A stretch of 64,000 nt of DNA from Candidatus Krumholzibacteriia bacterium (lineage in GTDB: Bacteria; Krumholzibacteriota; Krumholzibacteriia; JAJRXK01). The notes under the pieces are model-generated. The model had not been told where the DNA came from, searched no databases, and saw only the letters and a program-made list of their open reading frames with translations. Below, piece after piece: positions 59,509 to 64,000 of this stretch. The stretch is from assembly GCA_041484665.1 (NCBI GenBank), contig JBGPIA010000015.1, positions 32,001 to 96,000 on the forward strand, given 5' to 3'. The position numbers and the translations under genes were made by a program. Positions within the stretch are counted from its first letter, which is position 1, and every line of letters begins with the position of its first letter.

Positions 59509-59810
59509 GCGACGTGCGCGCGTGCGGGGTGGCAGCATCTCAGGAACCTCCCGGTCGGCCGTTCGCAGTCGGCCTAGGTCCCGTGGGCCCACCGTCTCCC
59601 CTTGCCGACGTTCGCATCCGCTCGTTGGGGACACCCCGCGGGCGATCGATCCGGCCGTTCGCAGTCACGTGGGTACGACGGACGGCCCGGATGCGTTCAC
59701 CGACGTTCGCCGCCTCCTCCATTGCGCGCCCAGTCCACGCATCCACACGGACGTTCGCCGCCGAGCGCACTCCCAAGCTCTGCTGCGCGAATGGTTCGAT
59801 ATTCGCAGTC
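59509..59810. repeat. Regularly interspaced ~15-bp repeat array with unique 32-34-bp spacers (CRISPR-like architecture, no cas)
   Basis: Repeats start at 59509 (degenerate), 59556, 59605, 59652, 59700, 59748, 59796; consensus C(C/G)G(A/C)CGTTCGC(A/C)G(T/C)C. Confidence 0.75.
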
Positions 59811-59954
59811 GGGATCGCCGGGCCTGACCCAGGCCGGCACCGTGAGTCCCTACAGTTGCCCACCGCTTTGATCACGACCGACGACATCGTAGGCCCCCAA
59901 CGCGCCATGGCATGGCGCGTGCCGAACACCATGAGAAGAATTGCAATCAGCGCG

Positions 59955-59972
59955 CGCACAAGTATTTGTGCG
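59955..59972. promoter_or_regulatory. Inverted repeat in AT-richer flank of the array
   Basis: CGCACAA-gtat-TTGTGCG. Confidence 0.45.
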
Positions 59973-60184
59973 ATAACGAGTTGCCAGGGCGCGGCTGAGC
60001 GGCTCAGAAGTCAGTGCCGCCCCGCTGCCCGGGAGACAGGACACATCCCGGGAAACAGGACACCTGGTGTCAACAGGGGCGACACTACACGGTGATACTG
60101 CGCGGTGCCTGATGCGCCAGCGCATGGGGCGCCGCATCCGTCACCCCGCTCGCGCGTGGGGGCGGGTCAGCGCTCCCCTCGGCC

Positions 60185-60955
60185 TCAGCCGCCCGAACGC
60201 GTCCCCGGCTTCTCCACCCAGAACCTCAGCCGCACGTAGTCCGCGATCCAGACGCCGTCGGAGCTGCACAGTTTCGGCCGCAGCTCGTCGCAGACCTCAC
60301 GCAGCATCGCCGCTCGCTCACCCTCCGGCACCGCCGCCGCGAAGCTGCCCGCAAATGTCTCTAGCCAGCCCATCAGATCCCCCGGCAGCCGCGTGGGCCG
60401 CGGGAAGTACTCCATCGACCTCACCACGAAGCCCTGTCCCTCCAGCAGCGCGCGGTACTCTCCGGGTTTGGGGAAGGTCCACGGAACGGCCGTGCGCGGG
60501 TCGACGCTGCGGCGCCTCAGGGCCCTTTCCAGAGCCGCGACGATCGTGGCGATGTTGCCGTCGCCGCCCATTTCTGCGACGAAACGGCCGCCGGGCCGCA
60601 GCGCCCGCCACACCCCGGCGTGCACTGCGTCCTGCCGGGGCATCCAGTGCAGGGCCGCATTGGAGAAGACCGCGTCGAACTCGGCAGCAAACGGCAGCGC
60701 GTGGGCGTCGACCACGCGGGCATCGAGGCCCCGCCGTCGCGCCACCTCGACCTGGGCGGCGCTGCCGTCGACCCCGACGACGACGCACCCGGGCGCGACG
60801 AGCTTCTCCGTCAGCGCGCCGTCGCCGCAGCCCAGGTCGAGGATGCGCTCGCCGCGCCGCGGAGCGAGCAGCTCCACCACGGGCTGGCCGAGCTCCGGCA
60901 CGAAGCGCCCGTGATCGGCGTAGCGACGCGGGTCCCAGTCCTGGGTGGAGGTCAT
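60185..60955 (-). CDS. Class I SAM-dependent methyltransferase (Tam-like)
   Basis: WDPRRY, ILDLGCGDG, FDAVFSNAALHW, LRPGGRF, DYVRLR. Confidence 0.9.
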   Translation of the reverse strand: MTSTQDWDPRRYADHGRFVPELGQPVVELLAPRRGERILDLGCGDGALTEKLVAPGCVVVGVDGSAAQVEVARRRGLDARVVDAHALPFAAEFDAVFSNAALHWMPRQDAVHAGVWRALRPGGRFVAEMGGDGNIATIVAALERALRRRSVDPRTAVPWTFPKPGEYRALLEGQGFVVRSMEYFPRPTRLPGDLMGWLETFAGSFAAAVPEGERAAMLREVCDELRPKLCSSDGVWIADYVRLRFWVEKPGTRSGG

Positions 60956-61015
60956 GTCAGCTGCGTGCCCCGAAACGCATTGATCGGGAAACAGCACTCC
61001 GTCGGGAGAGAGCCT

Positions 61016-62491
61016 TCAGTCGAGATCCGTCAACCCACCCGGGACCTGGTCGCGCCCGGCTGCCACGCGGTCGTTCCAGGTCTCCGCCTGCGGCGCCCGC
61101 CGCCGCTCGACCATGGTGATGCAGCTGTCCACCGGGCACACCAGCGCGCACAGGTTGCAGCCGACGCACTCGTCGACGTCGACCCAGGGGACGTGGAGGG
61201 CGCCGTCCCCGTTCCCGGAGCGGGCCGGGGCCGGCGGCTTCGCAGCACCTTTGGCTCCCGCCACCGTGTTCGCCACGGCCGCTGCCGCTGCCGCCGCCAT
61301 CGTCGCCGCCGCCGAGATCGCACCACGCGACGCGCGGGGTGCCGCAGCCGCTGTGGCACCCGGTGACGCCCCTGACGCCACCCCCAGTGCCGCGCCGGAC
61401 GCCTCCCGTGGGTAGATGCACTGGTGGGCGCCGTCCCAGCACGCCACGACGCACAGCTGGCACCCGATGCACAGACTTGCGTTGATCTCGGCGATCACGT
61501 GGTAGTTCAAGTCGAGCTCGCCCCACTCCTTGAACGCCGGTACGGCGCGGCCGATCAGCTCGCGCACGCTGCGCATCCCCTTCTCGGCGAGATACCCATC
61601 CAGCCCGTCGATCATGTCCTCCACGATGCGGTAGCCGTGGTGCATCACCGCGGTGCACACCTGCAGGCTGCTGGCGCCCAGCGCCAGGAACTCCGCCGCG
61701 TCGCGCCAGGTGGCGATCCCGCCGATGCCGCTGATCGGCAGGCCGAACTGGGGATCCCGCGCCAGCTCGGCGACCATCCGCAGCGCGATCGGCTTGACGG
61801 CCGGCCCGCAGTAACCCCCGTGCGTCCCAGCGCCGGCGACGCGCGGCAGCGGCGCGAAGCGGTCCAGGTCGACTCCGATCACGCTCTTGATGGTATTGAT
61901 CAGCGAAACCGCGTTGGCCCCGCCCGCCTTGGCCGCCAGCGCGGGCTCACCGATCTCGCTGACGTTGGGCGTGAGCTTGGCGATGACCGGGATCGAGGTC
62001 GCCTCCATCACCCAACCGACCAGCTCGGTCAGGACCTTGGGCTCCTGCCCGACTGCCGAGCCCATGCCGCGCTCGCACATCCCGTGCGGGCATCCGAAGT
62101 TCAGCTCGAGCCCATCGGCACCCGCGTCCTCGCAGCGCTTGATGATGTCCACCCACTCCGCGCGCGGCCCGAACATCAAAGAGACAATCACCGCGTGTCT
62201 CGGGTAGCGCCGCTTGACAAGGGCGATCTCGCGCAGGTTGTCGCGCAGCGACCGGTCCGTGATGAGCTCGATGTTGTTGAGCCCGACCACCCTGCGGTCC
62301 GCCACGTCGACCGCCCCGAGCCGGCTGCTGACGTTCACGATGGGATTGCCCAGCGTCTTCCAGACGGCGCCGCCCCATCCGGCATCGAAGGCCCGCATGA
62401 CCTGATCGCCGCTGTTCGTCGGCGGTCCCGAGGCCAGCCAGAATGGGTTGGGGCTCTTGATGCCCGCGAAGTCGATGGACAGATCCGGCAT
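61016..62491 (-). CDS. preA: Dihydropyrimidine dehydrogenase subunit PreA
   Basis: NPFWLASGPPT, GLNNIELI, ELNFGCPHGM, KLTPN, GGYCGPAVKPIAL; CIGCQLC and CVGCNLC ferredoxin motifs. Confidence 0.94.
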   Translation of the reverse strand: MPDLSIDFAGIKSPNPFWLASGPPTNSGDQVMRAFDAGWGGAVWKTLGNPIVNVSSRLGAVDVADRRVVGLNNIELITDRSLRDNLREIALVKRRYPRHAVIVSLMFGPRAEWVDIIKRCEDAGADGLELNFGCPHGMCERGMGSAVGQEPKVLTELVGWVMEATSIPVIAKLTPNVSEIGEPALAAKAGGANAVSLINTIKSVIGVDLDRFAPLPRVAGAGTHGGYCGPAVKPIALRMVAELARDPQFGLPISGIGGIATWRDAAEFLALGASSLQVCTAVMHHGYRIVEDMIDGLDGYLAEKGMRSVRELIGRAVPAFKEWGELDLNYHVIAEINASLCIGCQLCVVACWDGAHQCIYPREASGAALGVASGASPGATAAAAPRASRGAISAAATMAAAAAAAVANTVAGAKGAAKPPAPARSGNGDGALHVPWVDVDECVGCNLCALVCPVDSCITMVERRRAPQAETWNDRVAAGRDQVPGGLTDLD

Positions 62492-62505
62492 GATCCGCTC
62501 CCGTG

Positions 62506-63825
62506 CTAGCTGCGCCGCAGCATCGCGTCGATCGCCCGCGCCGCCCGCTGCCCCTCTGCCGCTGCGTTGACGACTTCCTTGCCGCCGTTCATGCAGTCGC
62601 CGCCGGTGAACACGCGGGAGTTGCCCGTGGCCCCGGTGGCCGGGTTGGCGACGACGTGACCGTCGCGATCGCACTCGACGCCTTGGAACTGCCGCGCCAG
62701 CTGCATCATGCGCTCCTGCCCGGTCGCCACCACCAGCAAGTCGGCGGGCAGAGTGTGGAACACGCGGTCGGTGGGGCGGCCCTCCTCGGTCTCCACCAGC
62801 ACGACGCCCTTCACGCGCCCCGCTCCGTCGCGCACGACCTCGCGAATGGTGGCGTTCTCCAGGAACACGACGCCCAACTTCTTGGCCCCATCCAGCTCGT
62901 GCGGGTAGCCGGGCATCTCGCGTCGCGAGCGGCGGTAGACCAAGTGCACCGTGGGAACGGCGAGGCTCGCCAACTCCTGCGCCACGTCCAGCGCGGTGTT
63001 GCCGCCGCCCACGACCACCGCGTGCAGCACGCCGGCGAGCTTGAGCTGCGGGTCGACCTTCATGCGGCGGATCCAGGCCACCGCGCCCACCACGCCTTCG
63101 CCGCCACCGCCGGGGATACCCCGCAGCGAGTCGTCCCCCAGGCCCAGCCCCAGGAATGCGGCGTCGTGGCGCTCCAGCAGCTCGGCCGGCGTCAAATCGT
63201 GGCCGATGTCGATGCCGGTATGGATCTCCACGCCCAGCTCGCGCACGAACTCGACTTCGGCCAGCGCCGCCTCGACCGCCATCTTGTAGGGCGCAACGCC
63301 CGTCGTATTCAGCCCGCCCGGCAGCGGGGATCGCTCGTAGACCACGGCCTGGTGGCCCAGCAGCGCGAGCGTGCCGGCGCAGGCGAGCGAGGCCGGCCCG
63401 CCGCCCACGAGCCCCACCGAGAACCCGCTGGGGGGCGCCTTCGCAAGCAGGTCCACCGCGGCGCCGTGATCCATGGCGTAGCGTTGCAGGCGTCCGATCT
63501 CGATCGGCTTGCGCCCCCAGCGTACGTAGACGCAGTCACCCTCGCACAGCACTTCGACGGGGCAGACACGCGCGCAGCTTGCCCCCAGCAGATTCGCCTG
63601 CAGGATCGTGCGCGCCGAGCCACGGAGATTGTCCGTTGTGATCTTGCGGATGAAGGTGGGAATATCGATCGCCGTCGGGCAGGCGCTGATGCACGGGGCA
63701 CCCGAGCAGTACAGGCAGCGACTGCCCTCCGCCAGCGCCTCGCCGCGCGTGAACGCCGGCTTCTTCTCCCCGAACTGCGATTCGAGGCGTCCCGGCGGGA
63801 CCGGATAGGAGCTGGACGTTGCCAT
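62506..63825 (-). CDS. preT: Dihydropyrimidine dehydrogenase subunit PreT (GltD-like)
   Basis: RCLYC..APC..ACP, CARVCP...LCEG.C, GGGPA, GGGNTA.D, GD; adjacent to preA. Confidence 0.9.
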   Translation of the reverse strand: MATSSSYPVPPGRLESQFGEKKPAFTRGEALAEGSRCLYCSGAPCISACPTAIDIPTFIRKITTDNLRGSARTILQANLLGASCARVCPVEVLCEGDCVYVRWGRKPIEIGRLQRYAMDHGAAVDLLAKAPPSGFSVGLVGGGPASLACAGTLALLGHQAVVYERSPLPGGLNTTGVAPYKMAVEAALAEVEFVRELGVEIHTGIDIGHDLTPAELLERHDAAFLGLGLGDDSLRGIPGGGGEGVVGAVAWIRRMKVDPQLKLAGVLHAVVVGGGNTALDVAQELASLAVPTVHLVYRRSRREMPGYPHELDGAKKLGVVFLENATIREVVRDGAGRVKGVVLVETEEGRPTDRVFHTLPADLLVVATGQERMMQLARQFQGVECDRDGHVVANPATGATGNSRVFTGGDCMNGGKEVVNAAAEGQRAARAIDAMLRRS

Positions 63826-63838
63826 AGCGTGCGCTTGC

Positions 63839-63910
63839 GACTTGGGGACTTCGGGGCTGGGGGCTTTGCGGCTTCCGGGATTTCGGGACTTGGGGATCCA
63901 GGGATTCGGC
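63839..63910. repeat. Degenerate 8-bp tandem repeat, 9 copies (GACTTSGG-like)
   Basis: gacttggg gacttcgg ggctgggg gctttgcg gcttccgg gatttcgg gacttggg gatccagg gattcggc. Confidence 0.7.
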
Positions 63911-63912
63911 GA

Positions 63913-64000
63913 TCACAGCTCCAGCGTGGCGAAAGACTCCCGCAGGATCCGCAGCGCGTCGTCCACGTGGGCGGCCTGCACCGTGAGCGGCGGCGAGATG
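63913..64000 (-). CDS. 3' end of class III aminotransferase (partial)
   Basis: ISPPLTVQAAHVDDALRILRESFATLEL*; typical class III C-terminus; fits the pyrimidine catabolic context. Confidence 0.65.
   Translation of the reverse strand, partial: ISPPLTVQAAHVDDALRILRESFATLEL

Noticed and set aside
59509..59810. Calling the array a canonical CRISPR
   Set aside because: Repeats are only ~15 bp and degenerate, lack a consistent hairpin, and no cas genes are present in the window.
59540..59959. 139-aa minus-strand ORF with recurring TAN/AAN every 16 aa
   Set aside because: The motif is the DNA repeat read in frame; one repeat (59605) is out of frame and the intervening residues are unrelated, which favours a nucleotide-level element. 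Not fully excluded, as the N-terminus is hydrophobic.

Overview
High-GC bacterial chromosomal window with about 52 genes and no mobile element, rRNA, tRNA or cas gene that I can recognise. The secreted proteins (a C-terminal FlgD/T9SS-type domain; an 'SLGTIKARYR' tail) suggest an FCB-group candidate lineage such as Krumholzibacteriota, Eisenbacteria or Latescibacterota (inference only). Contents in order: (1) 1-11.5 kb, a Wzm/Wzt surface-polysaccharide locus with C-methyltransferase, RfbC, DUF4910, pyruvyltransferase, GTs, PIG-L deacetylase and a GT-C protein; (2) a TPR lipoprotein operon; (3) a peroxiredoxin (BCP/PrxQ) missed by the ORF track because its catalytic codon is an in-frame TGA followed by a SECIS-like hairpin, i.e. 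a probable selenoprotein; (4) an EF-P with an atypical PGNW loop; (5) an ABC/CrtC-lipocalin operon; (6) a 1083-aa secreted FlgD-tail protein with a long structured leader; (7) phhA, folB, DUF523/DUF1722 and a frameshifted beta-propeller amidohydrolase; (8) hflX, an ECF sigma/anti-sigma fusion and pdxH; (9) a MacAB-like exporter plus NtrBC-like pair with tandem palindromic upstream sites; (10) a Ser/Thr kinase and an SGNH gene split at a G15 tract; (11) Leu/Phe/Val dehydrogenase, DinB-family gene, methyltransferase and preTA. The most unexpected signal is an unannotated array at about 59.5-59.8 kb: 6-7 copies of a ~15-bp repeat at 47-49 bp period, separated by unrelated 32-34-bp spacers, beside an AT-richer palindrome-containing flank and with no cas gene nearby.
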